Source: an uncultured Hyperthermus sp.
GTDB lineage: Archaea > Thermoproteota > Thermoprotei_A > Sulfolobales > Pyrodictiaceae
Reading direction: 5' to 3'
NCBI GenBank assembly: GCA_964542985.1
Contig: CAZIWH010000002.1
Location: forward strand, 3,674-67,673
DNA: 64,000 nucleotides
Shown: positions 1 to 9,208 of the stretch, in pieces
Layout: the number at the start of each line of letters is the position of its first letter
Position numbering within the stretch: position 1 is the first letter of the stretch
The notes under the pieces: model-generated
What the model saw: only the letters and a program-made list of their open reading frames with translations
Database searches by the model: none
What the model was told of the DNA's origin: nothing
Translations under genes and position numbers: made by a program

Positions 1-838
1 TGTTTCTTATAGTGGCGTCTGATACTCCAACAGTCCTAGCTATGGCCATCTGGTTCTTCTTCTCGTCGAGGAGTATTGATGCAAGGTAGACGGCGGCGCC
101 TGCAAGAGCAGCAGGAGGCTTACCCTGTGCGTATCCTGTCTCCACGAGTAGCGTGGTAAATCTGGTCGCCAGTGTCTCTACTGGTGCATCCAGGTTAAGC
201 TTGGAAGCTATCCTGGCGACGAACATTGTGGGCTTCGGGGGCGCGGCAGGTTTCACGCGAAGCTTCCTTATAATAGCGTTATAGGCACGCCATATAGCTT
301 GCTGAGAGACGCCCAGAACCCTTTCGACATCCTTCAATGGAAGCGGATGCCTCTCAAGTCTTGCGGCTATGAGCGCCGCTGCGGCGAGATACTCGTACAC
401 GTTATTACGCTTAATCATTCCCATGCCGTGCGCCCTACGTATGATGGAAGCCATAGTCTCCATGACGCGGGGCGGGAGGCCCAGCTTGGCCGAGACAGAG
501 TGAAGCTCCCTCAGAAGCTCTATGAGCTTCCGGTCCTTCTGAGTGCGCACCTTCGCCTGTATCCTAGCTATCTTGACCTGCCGCGGGTCCTTCCAGTTGG
601 GGCGCACGTAGCTGGTGAGGCCGTAGTCGTGGAGCGTGCTCGTGAGAGGTGCGCCTACCCTGCTCCTCCTCATCCTGTCCTCTTCGGTGAAGCTGCGCCA
701 CTCGGGCCCCGTGTCTAGATAGTCTTCCGATATTACTGTGCCGCAGCGACGGCAGACGAGCCTCCCGGCCTCGTCCCTCACAGCATAGAGTTCGAGAAGT
801 GCGCCGCACTGTGGGCAATACTTAGGTGTGGTTATCAT
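1..838 (-). CDS. tfb: Transcription initiation factor IIB (TFB); C-terminal end lies beyond the left window edge
   Basis: Absent from the ORF track because it runs off the edge. The reverse complement from ATG at 838 reads MITTPKYCPQCGALLELYAVRDEAGRLVCRRCGTVISEDYLDTGPEWRSFTEEDRMRRSRVGAP... This gives a CxxC...CxxC Zn-ribbon followed by cyclin-fold repeats (…AAALIAARLERHPLPLKDV…, …GKPPAALAGAAVYLASILLDEKKNQ…). Confidence 0.9.
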   Translation of the reverse strand, partial: MITTPKYCPQCGALLELYAVRDEAGRLVCRRCGTVISEDYLDTGPEWRSFTEEDRMRRSRVGAPLTSTLHDYGLTSYVRPNWKDPRQVKIARIQAKVRTQKDRKLIELLRELHSVSAKLGLPPRVMETMASIIRRAHGMGMIKRNNVYEYLAAAALIAARLERHPLPLKDVERVLGVSQQAIWRAYNAIIRKLRVKPAAPPKPTMFVARIASKLNLDAPVETLATRFTTLLVETGYAQGKPPAALAGAAVYLASILLDEKKNQMAIARTVGVSDATIRN

Positions 839-1158
839 GGCTTCCTCTTCCTCCTCTCCCGGGACGCTCCCCCGCGGCCCCTCGCTCCCCGCCGGGCCCC
901 CCGCCTCCTCCTTGGGGGCCTTGGGGGTCGGTAGTACAGCATAGTGCCAGGTGGTATCTCCAGCCCCCTCCGATCAGGCTTCACCACTGCGTAAGGGGCC
1001 TTGACTGGTCCTATGATATCCAGCAGTACTCCTACTCTGTTCGTTTTCTCGTCGTATACTGGTGTGTTAAGCGGAGGTAGACGGTCCCTAGCCTCAAGCA
1101 ATGCTACCACGTAGCCGTTCCTCGTCGTATGTAGTACCTTGCCTAGCTTGTTGAGCAT
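835..1158 (-). CDS. gar1: H/ACA RNP component Gar1 with an RG-rich C-terminal tail
   Basis: MLNKLGKVLH…VGVLLDIIGPVKAPYAVVKP matches the archaeal Gar1 barrel (LGKVLH, GPVK-PY-VKP). The tail is RPPRPPRRRRGARRGARGRGG. Its stop overlaps the tfb start (ATGA at 835-838). Confidence 0.8.
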   Translation of the reverse strand: MLNKLGKVLHTTRNGYVVALLEARDRLPPLNTPVYDEKTNRVGVLLDIIGPVKAPYAVVKPDRRGLEIPPGTMLYYRPPRPPRRRRGARRGARGRGGASRERRKRKP

Positions 1159-1254
1159 GGGTTCACGTCACCCGTATCCTGGGGCCCGGGGGCCGCGAGG
1201 AGCCTAATTTGTGGCGACGGTGCCAGTAACACTGCTTCCGAAGCCCTCCCCTCC

Positions 1255-1260
1255 TTATAA
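1255..1260 (+). promoter_or_regulatory. TATA box (TTATAA) for a leaderless panE transcript
   Basis: TTATAA ends 26 nt before the ATG at 1286 and no SD motif lies between them. This is the spacing typical of crenarchaeal leaderless mRNAs. Confidence 0.5.
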
Positions 1261-1285
1261 CGGCGAGGAGTAGTAATACCGTCCA

Positions 1286-2167
1286 ATGGTGGTGGATGTG
1301 AAGATAGTGGTGCTGGGCTGCGGCGCCCTGGGTACTGTTCTTGCGTCCGCATTATCAGCTGCGGGGCACAGTGTTGTAGTAGCTTGCGCAGATCCCGTAA
1401 GGGCTAGGCAGATTCTGGCCGAAGGCCTGCGGATAACTGTGCACGGTGGCGAGGCAACAGCCAGGCCTGCCGCGGTGCTGCTCCTAGCTGAGCAGAGGAG
1501 GCTGCACGGCGACGCGGCAATAGTAACGCTCCCCGCTTGGGTGGCCGAAAAGGCTCTCCCCATGGTTGAGGCCGAGGTGGTGCTGGTTCCGCAGCCTAGC
1601 CTCAGGGCGCTGGAATGGGGCAGGCCTCTTGCCTTCTACGGCTGCGCCTGGGGAGCTTCCCCGGCTTCCTATGTGGCCGCGGAGCTGAGGACGAGCGGTG
1701 AGGGTGAGATTGTGGACGCGCTCCGTGCAGCCTCCTCGGTGCTCGGCATACGCTTCTACCTACACGGGGATGCTAGGAGCCTCGTATGGGACTATATGGG
1801 GGTCAACGCGGCAGCTCAACCTGCGGCGGCGGTGCTTGGGGTTAGCTATGGAAAGCTCAGCGCCACTAGGCATGGGAGAGCGCTGGTGGAGGCTGTAGCC
1901 GAGGAGGCGTGGCAGGTGGCGTCGGAGGCAGGTGTGAAGCTGTGGCGCGGTAGCCGTGAGGCGGTGCAAGTGCTGCTGGGCCTCCGCGGTTGCTATCCCA
2001 AGATGCTGCGCGACCTCGAGGAGGGCCGCGCGACCGAGATAGACTACATTAACGGTGCCTTGCTCCGCGAGGCTCTTCGTTACGGCATCTACACGCCCTA
2101 CAACGATGCACTGTACCTGGCGGTAAAGGGGCTCGAAGAAGTAATGGGTGTTGGTGGTGGTAATTGA
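1286..2167 (+). CDS. panE: 2-dehydropantoate 2-reductase (ketopantoate reductase, ApbA/PanE family)
   Basis: N-terminal Rossmann motif IVVLGCGALG. The C-terminal domain …MLRDLEEGRATEIDYINGALL… is typical of the KPR family. Confidence 0.75.
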   Translation: MVVDVKIVVLGCGALGTVLASALSAAGHSVVVACADPVRARQILAEGLRITVHGGEATARPAAVLLLAEQRRLHGDAAIVTLPAWVAEKALPMVEAEVVLVPQPSLRALEWGRPLAFYGCAWGASPASYVAAELRTSGEGEIVDALRAASSVLGIRFYLHGDARSLVWDYMGVNAAAQPAAAVLGVSYGKLSATRHGRALVEAVAEEAWQVASEAGVKLWRGSREAVQVLLGLRGCYPKMLRDLEEGRATEIDYINGALLREALRYGIYTPYNDALYLAVKGLEEVMGVGGGN

Positions 2168-3483
2168 GGCTAGGCAGACGGGAGGTAAGAGCGCTGGCCG
2201 AGGCCTTGGAGGCTGCTGAGAGATACAAGCCCTTCCAGGTAGCTAAGAGAAAAGTTATGGAGAAGTATGGACTGGCTGGCAGTCGTGTGGACAGGATCAC
2301 GACAGCCCTGCTCTACAAGCTCTACAGGATGCAGGGGATTCTGGATCAGCTTGCCAGCCTAGCCGGTCTCGAGCACACAAGGCTCCCCCCGCTCCCTAGG
2401 CAGGCAGTCAGGCTAGCGGTGCTACTAGCTGTGGCCGACGAGGTCGGGGATCGGGAGTTCGCCGATAGCCTCGTGAAGGAGTTCTCAAGGCTCGTAGGCG
2501 CCCGCTACGGTACGGGGCTCGGCAGTGCCGTGGAGAGGCTCTATCGCAGCCTACTCAGCCAAGGTATCCCTCCGGAGCTTAGAGAGCAGCTGCGCCTAAT
2601 GCTCCCAGAGATTATTATCAGGAGGCTGCGCCTCCTCCTTCCAGGCAGCGAGATAGACGAGTTCGCCAAGGCGGTCAACGAGCGGAGGCCGTGGCTCGGA
2701 CTAAGGGTTAATAGTCTAAAAGCAACAGTGGATGAGCTAGTGAGGGAAGTTGAGAAGTATGCAACAGAGGTTAAGCTGAGCAGGGTTCCGGGCCACATAC
2801 GTTACCGTGGAAGCCTACCCTACTCGCGGTTCAAGCCCCTCCTTGAGGGCAAGGCAGTGCCGCAGGATGAGGCCAGCGCCGCGGCAGGAATTATCCTCGC
2901 GCCACGCGAGGGGGAGACAGTTGTAGACCTATGTGCAGCGCCTGGCGGCAAGACCACACATTTAGCCGAGCTTATGAAGCTCCGGGGCCGAGTAGTAGCG
3001 ATGGAACTCTACGCGGATAGAATGAAGAGGCTGGTCACGCTAGCGGTCCGCACTGGCACATACACAGCCATAGAGCCCGTGCTCGGCAACGCATTGCACG
3101 CCTCGCGGCTCATTCACCGCCCGGTGGATAGAGTTCTGCTAGACCCGCCATGCTCGAGCACCGGCGCTATAGCGAAGCATCCGGAGGCCAGGTGGCGGCT
3201 AACTGAGGAGGCGTTAGCCCGCCTGGCCGAGAGGCAGTGGAGGATGCTCCAGGAGGCCCTGAAGCTCCTTCCCCCAGGCGGGAGGCTGCTCTACACCGTC
3301 TGCAGCGTCATGCCTGAGGAGGGGGAGTACCTCTTACAGAGGCTCCTCGAGACAGAACGTGTTGAGCTAATCCCGCTCGGAGGCCCGTACGACGAGTCGC
3401 CGTTACTTCCCGGCACCATGAGGGCGTGGCCCCACAGGCACGGCGTAACGGGATTCTTCTATGCTCTGCTGGAGAAAAGGTAA
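2164..3483 (+). CDS. NOL1/NOP2/Sun family RNA m5C methyltransferase (RsmB/Nop2-like, with NusB-like N-domain)
   Basis: SAM motif DLCAAPGGKT plus the catalytic Cys motifs DPPCSSTG and YTVCS. The TTG start overlaps the panE stop. Confidence 0.85.
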   Translation: MRLGRREVRALAEALEAAERYKPFQVAKRKVMEKYGLAGSRVDRITTALLYKLYRMQGILDQLASLAGLEHTRLPPLPRQAVRLAVLLAVADEVGDREFADSLVKEFSRLVGARYGTGLGSAVERLYRSLLSQGIPPELREQLRLMLPEIIIRRLRLLLPGSEIDEFAKAVNERRPWLGLRVNSLKATVDELVREVEKYATEVKLSRVPGHIRYRGSLPYSRFKPLLEGKAVPQDEASAAAGIILAPREGETVVDLCAAPGGKTTHLAELMKLRGRVVAMELYADRMKRLVTLAVRTGTYTAIEPVLGNALHASRLIHRPVDRVLLDPPCSSTGAIAKHPEARWRLTEEALARLAERQWRMLQEALKLLPPGGRLLYTVCSVMPEEGEYLLQRLLETERVELIPLGGPYDESPLLPGTMRAWPHRHGVTGFFYALLEKR

Positions 3484-3534
3484 GACACTAAGACGCTATA
3501 AGCGCCTCCGCGACTCCCTGGCCGGGGTGCGGCG

Positions 3535-4113
3535 GTGGCTGAGAACGAGAAGACGTGTATAGTTGCAGTCGGCTCCACGAACCCGGTAAAAGTGAATGCT
3601 GTCCGTAGGGCCTTCCGCCTCTACTGCAACTCCGATGTGCGTGGCGTCGCCGTGAAGAGCGGGGTTCCGAGCCAACCAGTCGGCTTTGGCGAGATAGTCC
3701 AGGGTGCCGTCACCAGGGCGCTCAACGCCTTGCGGAGCATCGGCGCCGACTATGGCGTTGGCGTTGAAGCAGGCCTAGCCGAGACACCTGTGGAGCCGAT
3801 AGAGCTGCAGATTGCAGCCATAGTCAGCCGTGAGGGCAGGGTTAGCCTTGGCATTAGTCAGGGCTTTCAGCTCCCGCCCGAGTGGATACCCGAAGTACGC
3901 CAGAGGATCGAGCTTGGTGTCATAGCTGCGGAGAAGACGGGCCGGGCGGGTATAGGGGAGAAGCTTGGCCTCATAGGCTACCTCACAGGAGGCGTTGTGA
4001 CCCGCACAGATCTAACCTACAACGCTGTAATAATGGCTCTCGTGCCGTGGCTCAACATGAGCCTCTATAAGAGGCTGCCCACCGTGGAGGAGGTGCTGGG
4101 GCGTCTCCGGTAG
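3535..4113 (+). CDS. Non-canonical purine NTP phosphatase (DUF84/YjjX-type inosine/xanthosine triphosphatase)
   Basis: N-terminus VAVGSTNPVKVNAVRRAF and overall length match the YjjX/DUF84 family. A GTG start is preceded by CTATAAG about 35 nt upstream. Confidence 0.65.
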   Translation: MAENEKTCIVAVGSTNPVKVNAVRRAFRLYCNSDVRGVAVKSGVPSQPVGFGEIVQGAVTRALNALRSIGADYGVGVEAGLAETPVEPIELQIAAIVSREGRVSLGISQGFQLPPEWIPEVRQRIELGVIAAEKTGRAGIGEKLGLIGYLTGGVVTRTDLTYNAVIMALVPWLNMSLYKRLPTVEEVLGRLR

Positions 4114-4167
4114 CAGCGTTTATAGCCACACCCGCGTGGAGGCCACCGTGCCCAGGGGGTCTAAGGT

Positions 4168-4566
4168 ATGGGCGTGTACCACGGCAATGACCTCAAGAAG
4201 CCGACCGGTGGGAGGAAGTGGCCCCACCAGAAGGTTAAGCGCAAGTACTGGATGGGTAGGTACCCGACTCATACGAGGCTAGCCGCTAAGGAGGAGAGGA
4301 AGCACATCCGCGTACGCGGCGGCAACTACAAGATAAGGCTCAAGAAGGCACACTACGCCAACGTCTTCGACCCCCGCACCGGCAGGGCAAAGAAGGTAAG
4401 GATAACTCGTGTCCTCGAGACGCCGGCGAACCCGCACTACGCGCGCGCCAACATAATAACGAAGGGCACGATAATAGAGACCGAGCTAGGCAAGGCTATG
4501 GTTACATCCAGGCCCGGCCAGGATGGTGTGATAAACGCGGTGCTCCTCGAGCCGAAGGAGGAGTAA
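4168..4566 (+). CDS. rps8e: 30S ribosomal protein S8e
   Basis: [17 protein letters not shown]…[13 protein letters not shown]… is characteristic of eS8. A TTTATAGC element lies at 4119-4126. Confidence 0.95.
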   Translation: MGVYHGNDLKKPTGGRKWPHQKVKRKYWMGRYPTHTRLAAKEERKHIRVRGGNYKIRLKKAHYANVFDPRTGRAKKVRITRVLETPANPHYARANIITKGTIIETELGKAMVTSRPGQDGVINAVLLEPKEE

Positions 4567-4635
4567 GTCTCGGCCAAGGGCAAGTTCAGAGAGCCTGGTA
4601 TCCACGCCAGTCAGAGCAGTATTTTATGGCAGCGC

Positions 4636-5817
4636 TTAACGCGGCAGAAGCGAGGCAAGCCTCTGGAGCTTAGCGAGGGCCCTCCTCCTCGACTTCTCAT
4701 CAAGCCTAGCCTCTCGCACAAGTTGTTCAAGGAATTCTATGACCGCCTCAGCGTAGTCTCTCCTAAAGGGGTATGGTACGCCGTCTTTTCCTCCAACGGT
4801 ATAGGCGTAGCGGAACGGATCCATGGGTATCGATGCAGGATCGCAATGACTCACTGGCACGCCATAGACAAGCTCCGCTACAAGGGCTAGGCTTCTAACC
4901 ACAGCTGGGCCTACGCCCTTCAAGAGAAGCATCTCCTCAAGATTACCTGGGGATGTGTCGTGAAGGAGCCTCAGCACCTCGCCTATTCGGCGCGGGGGCC
5001 GCGGCTGTGGCCGGTAGTAGGCGCGCAGCCTCGCGGCCTCCCGTTCCTCGGCTCCTCTCCGGCCGAGCCACGTGTCGAGCCCAGCTATCCCGGCTGCGAG
5101 CCTATGTGCCCTAGCAACCTCTTCGAGCAGCCGCTGCGGCGGCGTCGAGGAGACGAGTTCGGGTAGCAGTCTCCTCGCCTCTAGGCTTGCCCTGCTAGTG
5201 AGGTCAAGTGGTATAGCCTTCTCGTGCCTAGCAGCAGCTATGGCGCTATGCGGTTCTAGCGTCGGTGTGACTGGCAGCGGGCGCAGCCAGTGGTACCGCC
5301 TCGCCATCCTAGTCTCGGGGTTCATGCCTTGCTGTACTATCGTCCACAGCCCGTCCTCAGAGACCAGTACTGCATGGTGGTAGAGATTATAGCCGTCCTG
5401 GAGCAGGACGCTGTCGGTCTTCGCTGCGAGCCTGGACGCGTATTCAGCCTCTTCTGCGGCGCGGCTGGATATGAGGCCCTCGTCGGCGGCCTCGTGCAGC
5501 TCCTGGGGTGTGTTCCTTGAAGCCTGGCCCTTCCCACCGGCCACGACTATCCCTAAGCCAGGGTTCTCGCGCACAACTTGCTTCACTATACCTATGGTCA
5601 CAGTGGTTGAGCCGCTGCTATCCCAGTCCATGCCTATAGTGTTGTTAAACGCCTGGAACCACAAGGGATCGCTCATCCTCTTAATGAACTCCGAGGGGCC
5701 ATAGAGTTCGACGATGACCTCCAGTATAGCCTTAGCCATCCTCTTCATGTACTTGGCGAGCCATGGTGGTACATGGCCGTCATGGAGGGGTAGGTCAGCT
5801 ACGCCGGTTAGAGGCAA
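4636..5817 (-). CDS. DUF763 domain protein (conserved archaeal, function unknown)
   Basis: …DLPLHDGHVPPWL… and …GMDWDSSGSTTV… resemble the DUF763 family signature. Confidence 0.6.
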   Translation of the reverse strand: MPLTGVADLPLHDGHVPPWLAKYMKRMAKAILEVIVELYGPSEFIKRMSDPLWFQAFNNTIGMDWDSSGSTTVTIGIVKQVVRENPGLGIVVAGGKGQASRNTPQELHEAADEGLISSRAAEEAEYASRLAAKTDSVLLQDGYNLYHHAVLVSEDGLWTIVQQGMNPETRMARRYHWLRPLPVTPTLEPHSAIAAARHEKAIPLDLTSRASLEARRLLPELVSSTPPQRLLEEVARAHRLAAGIAGLDTWLGRRGAEEREAARLRAYYRPQPRPPRRIGEVLRLLHDTSPGNLEEMLLLKGVGPAVVRSLALVAELVYGVPVSHCDPASIPMDPFRYAYTVGGKDGVPYPFRRDYAEAVIEFLEQLVREARLDEKSRRRALAKLQRLASLLPR

Positions 5818-5865
5818 AAGACCCTAACCTCCATGCCCCTAGGCGCCGTGCGGTGGAGACCCAGG

Positions 5866-6990
5866 CTACTGCCATAGCCAGGCCGGGAACCTGGTAATCT
5901 TCCCCGCCCCGCGGCTGGTTATCACCACGAGTTCTTCTATCCTCACGCCAAGCTTGCCCGGGATATAGACGCCAGGCTCTATGGTTATCACCATGCCGGG
6001 CTCGAGCACGGTCCCATCTGAGAACGTGACCCTAGGGGCCTCGTGGACCTCTATTCCGACGCCATGGCCTGTGCTATGAATGAAGTACTTGGCGAGTCCA
6101 TACTTCTCCAAGACGCCGCGTGCGGCAGCATCTACCTCCGAAGCCTTAGCGCCCGGCTTTGCGGCATCAAGGGCGGCGGAGACGGCCTCATAGACGGCTT
6201 CAGCTACATGGCGGAACTCTGCAGGCGAGCCGTTGTAGAAGAGGGTTCTAGTCATGTCGCTGCAGTACCCCTTGTATACTGCGCCAAGATCTATGAGCAC
6301 GGGAGTGGGGCGGGTGAGCACACGGCTAGTAGAGGGAGCAGCATGAGGGTACACAGTGTTCTCCCCGAACGCTACTATCGGTGAGAATGAAGGTCCCTCG
6401 CCGCCGTCTGCCAGTATGCTGCGCAGTATCTCTCCCGCAACCTCCGCCTCGCTTACACCATAATCAAGCATAGATATCGCTGCCCTTAGTGCCTCCTCCG
6501 CTATTCTTGTCGCAGCCTCGATTCTCTCAAGCTCCCAGGGCTCCTTCCTCATCCTCATAACGGAAACATCTCTACTCAAGTCGGACAGCTGCTTGCATAT
6601 TGAGGCCAGGCGCTCCCAGAACTGCCTAGAGCCGCCAACTAGCCCACAACTAGCCCCTACGAGGCGGGCAGCGACATCGCCACCCCTGCCCTCCTCAACC
6701 CTTACGCCCGCCTCCTCGACCACGAGCCTCCCGGGAAGCCCATAGGGCTTATACACGACCACCTCTAGGTCAGCGCCCTCCTCCTCAACGAAGTGAAGCG
6801 CATGCAGGTACTCGAGCACCGGCACGAGGAGATAGGCGGAATCCCTTGTCACGGCGAGGAGCCCAGCACCCCGGTAGCCGGTGAAGTAGAAGACACTCGG
6901 CTCATCGACTACTATTACGCCGTCGAGCCCCTTCTCCTCGGCGAGAGAGCGGAGACGCGCTATACGCCTCTCATATGCGATCCACGTCAA
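5866..6990 (-). CDS. M24B family Xaa-Pro dipeptidase
   Basis: Metal-ligand motifs …DLGAVYKGYCSDMTRT…, HSTGHGVGIEVHEAP and …ITIEPG…RIEE…. The TTG start overlaps the upstream gene stop (TTGA). Confidence 0.85.
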   Translation of the reverse strand: MTWIAYERRIARLRSLAEEKGLDGVIVVDEPSVFYFTGYRGAGLLAVTRDSAYLLVPVLEYLHALHFVEEEGADLEVVVYKPYGLPGRLVVEEAGVRVEEGRGGDVAARLVGASCGLVGGSRQFWERLASICKQLSDLSRDVSVMRMRKEPWELERIEAATRIAEEALRAAISMLDYGVSEAEVAGEILRSILADGGEGPSFSPIVAFGENTVYPHAAPSTSRVLTRPTPVLIDLGAVYKGYCSDMTRTLFYNGSPAEFRHVAEAVYEAVSAALDAAKPGAKASEVDAAARGVLEKYGLAKYFIHSTGHGVGIEVHEAPRVTFSDGTVLEPGMVITIEPGVYIPGKLGVRIEELVVITSRGAGKITRFPAWLWQ

Positions 6991-7565
6991 GGCCCATTCA
7001 CCGCCGCCTCGCAGACACTTCGTGCCAGCTCGCGGCCCCGGGTAACATAGGCTATCCGGCAGCTAAGCCTGGGATCCAGCACGCCGTCGGGCATGCAGCG
7101 GGTAAGCCTCTCGGTGAGCAACTCCTCGCCGCCCATAACAAGCCTGAAGACTGGGATGCCAAGGCTACACGCTATAAGCTCCTCGTATAGGGTTCCGATG
7201 CCACCGCCAAGCGAGGCTAGAACAGAGCCGCTCCTAACCAGTATAGTGCTCCTCTCCCTCACACCCATGCCCGTGCGAATCACCACACTGCCCTCCGGAA
7301 ACTCGTCATCCTCATAGACGCTAGGTATAACGAAGACAATCCCAAGCCCCCTGGCACGGGCCTCATCCGCCACGGGCCTCATGAGGCCACGGTAGCCGCC
7401 GAGTACAAGCACCGCGCCCGGGCATAGCCTCGAAACTTCCTTCACAAACTCGCGGATTTCCCTGACCCTAGCCAGCTCCGGCTCGCCGCTGTAGGCGGCT
7501 ACAGCAATCTGCAAGGAGCCCCAGCCGTGTGGCACGCGTGACCACCCAGGAAGCCTAGCTTCCAT
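6987..7565 (-). CDS. TIGR00725/LOG-like (SLOG Rossmann) protein
   Basis: Motifs VLGGYRGLM and LGGGIGTLYEEL, which is LOG-type PGGxGTxxE. I place the start at the internal ATG 7565 rather than 7694, because the longer form would overlap xpf by 130 nt. Confidence 0.65.
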   Translation of the reverse strand: MEARLPGWSRVPHGWGSLQIAVAAYSGEPELARVREIREFVKEVSRLCPGAVLVLGGYRGLMRPVADEARARGLGIVFVIPSVYEDDEFPEGSVVIRTGMGVRERSTILVRSGSVLASLGGGIGTLYEELIACSLGIPVFRLVMGGEELLTERLTRCMPDGVLDPRLSCRIAYVTRGRELARSVCEAAVNGP

Positions 7566-8361
7566 GTATGTGGTAGCAAATGTAGCCCCCGCGCTGCTAG
7601 GCGGAGGGCAGGAGGGAGCCTTGGGGATACTCTCATCCACTCTCCTTACGCCGGTCGACGTTGTTGTTGACAGTAGGGAGGCGTCCAAGAACAAGGATAT
7701 AGTTGAGGCGCTCCGCTCTAAGGGCCTTGCAGTAGCTGTCGCGGAGCTTGCTGCCGGAGACTACTACCTCATGGCTCCCGAGCCCTCGAAGGCCCTGCTG
7801 GTTGAGAGAAAGACTGTGATAGACTTTGCTAATAGTATAAGAGATAACAGGATATGGGATCAAGCCAAGAGGCTCAAGGAGGCGGCTAGCCTCGACGGCG
7901 TCAAGCCAGTAATTCTTCTTGAGGGCTGGCTCGGGCTCGTTGAAAAACGGACACGCTGGCGCATCTCCGCAGTACTCCGTGTACTCGATGAGCTTGTGCT
8001 CGACTGGGGTATACCCGTAATCCCCGCGCACAATAAGAAAGCCACGATAGAGTGGCTCGCAGCCAAGGCTAAGAGCCTTGGGGAGACAAGGGAGAAGAGG
8101 CTCCTAAGGCTACGCGTGGAGAAGAAGCCTATGAGCATCAATGAGAGGATACTCTACGTCGCGGAGGGGGTTGTGGGCCCAGTACTTGCCCGAAGACTCC
8201 TGGCGTATTTCGGGACGCTGAAGAGGATAGCGAATGCTACGGTGAAGGAGCTGATGCAGGTGGAGGGGATAGGTGAGAAGAGGGCTCGAGAAATCTATGC
8301 AGTATTCAACACTAAGTGGATACCAGATATGGAAAAACCCCGAGAAAATGGCCTAAGCTAG
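7564..8361 (+). CDS. xpf: Short-form XPF/ERCC4 structure-specific endonuclease (nuclease + (HhH)2)
   Basis: ERCC4 active-site motif GDY…LVERKTVIDF and C-terminal HhH VEGIGEKRAREI. There is no helicase domain, as in the crenarchaeal type. Alternative in-frame TTG start at 7621. Confidence 0.85.
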   Translation: MYVVANVAPALLGGGQEGALGILSSTLLTPVDVVVDSREASKNKDIVEALRSKGLAVAVAELAAGDYYLMAPEPSKALLVERKTVIDFANSIRDNRIWDQAKRLKEAASLDGVKPVILLEGWLGLVEKRTRWRISAVLRVLDELVLDWGIPVIPAHNKKATIEWLAAKAKSLGETREKRLLRLRVEKKPMSINERILYVAEGVVGPVLARRLLAYFGTLKRIANATVKELMQVEGIGEKRAREIYAVFNTKWIPDMEKPRENGLS

Positions 8362-8612
8362 GCAACCTCGTAGTGTATTATGTTAACGGGACAGGCCTCG
8401 GCGGCCGAGGCGACACAGTCCTTGAGGTCCTCGGGGACCTCGCCCTCGGCGGGGTTGCTGGGATCGATCCTCCACTTGGGGACTATCTGGCTCTTCCCGT
8501 CCTCTTCGCTCATCTCGAACACGTCGGGGCAGAGGCTGACACATATCATGTCAGCAATGCATTGCTCGCGGTCTATGCGTACACGTATCTTCCCGGCCAA
8601 CGGTTTCACCAA
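8358..8612 (-). CDS. Single-cluster ferredoxin, Pyrococcus furiosus Fd type (Cys3-Asp ligation)
   Basis: CIADMICVSLCPDVFEM … DCVASAAEACPVNII parallels CIGDAICASLCPDVFEM…CAKEAMEACPV of P. furiosus ferredoxin. Confidence 0.9.
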   Translation of the reverse strand: MVKPLAGKIRVRIDREQCIADMICVSLCPDVFEMSEEDGKSQIVPKWRIDPSNPAEGEVPEDLKDCVASAAEACPVNIIHYEVA

Positions 8613-8638
8613 GCCCTAGGCCTCCATGTATGGGTGTT

Positions 8639-9208
8639 TTAGGCTTTCTTTCTCTGCCTACAGAGCCCTGGCTGCGGGAGAAGCAGGAAGGTGTCAGGGC
8701 CTAGGCTGATGGCGTAGCCCTCCATGAGTCCGGCGCCCACCGCGGCGGCGAGGAGGGCATCTACTTCATCCTTCCCGGCCCCTGGTGGAGCCTCTATGTT
8801 GAGCAGCTTGAGAAGCTCGGCGGCGCCGCAGCCGCTTACGCGTAACGCGCTGCGTGGATGAGTCTCAGCCACCTCTGCCACAACGTCAAGGAGCTGTCGG
8901 AGCCTAACTCCTCTTCGGAGAAGAGCCTGCATGGAGGGAAGCGTGAGCGGTAGCAGTCGGGCGCCGAGACGCATGGCAGCTAGCTCGGCTAAGCGGAAGC
9001 CGCGTCCTCTCGGAGGAGGAGTCACGGGGGCGTCGATGACTACGAGGCTTGGTGCGTGAGAGAGTATAAGCGATGCTATATCGTCAACACTTCCATGGAC
9101 CGTGGTCAGCTCCACTAGCTCATGGCGCCCCCTCTGCGCTGTGAGCACGGCTACACCGGTTCTACGCCTCGGCGACGCAGAGAGGTCTACGCCGGCTACC
9201 TTGGGCAA
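8639..9208 (-). CDS. DUF429/COG2410-like predicted RNase H-fold nuclease
   Basis: VAGVDLS…RRTGVAVL…LVVIDAPV…THPRSAL…DEVDALLAA follows the pattern of the DUF429 family. It overlaps the upstream DHH gene by 13 nt. Confidence 0.5.
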   Translation of the reverse strand: MPKVAGVDLSASPRRRTGVAVLTAQRGRHELVELTTVHGSVDDIASLILSHAPSLVVIDAPVTPPPRGRGFRLAELAAMRLGARLLPLTLPSMQALLRRGVRLRQLLDVVAEVAETHPRSALRVSGCGAAELLKLLNIEAPPGAGKDEVDALLAAAVGAGLMEGYAISLGPDTFLLLPQPGLCRQRKKA

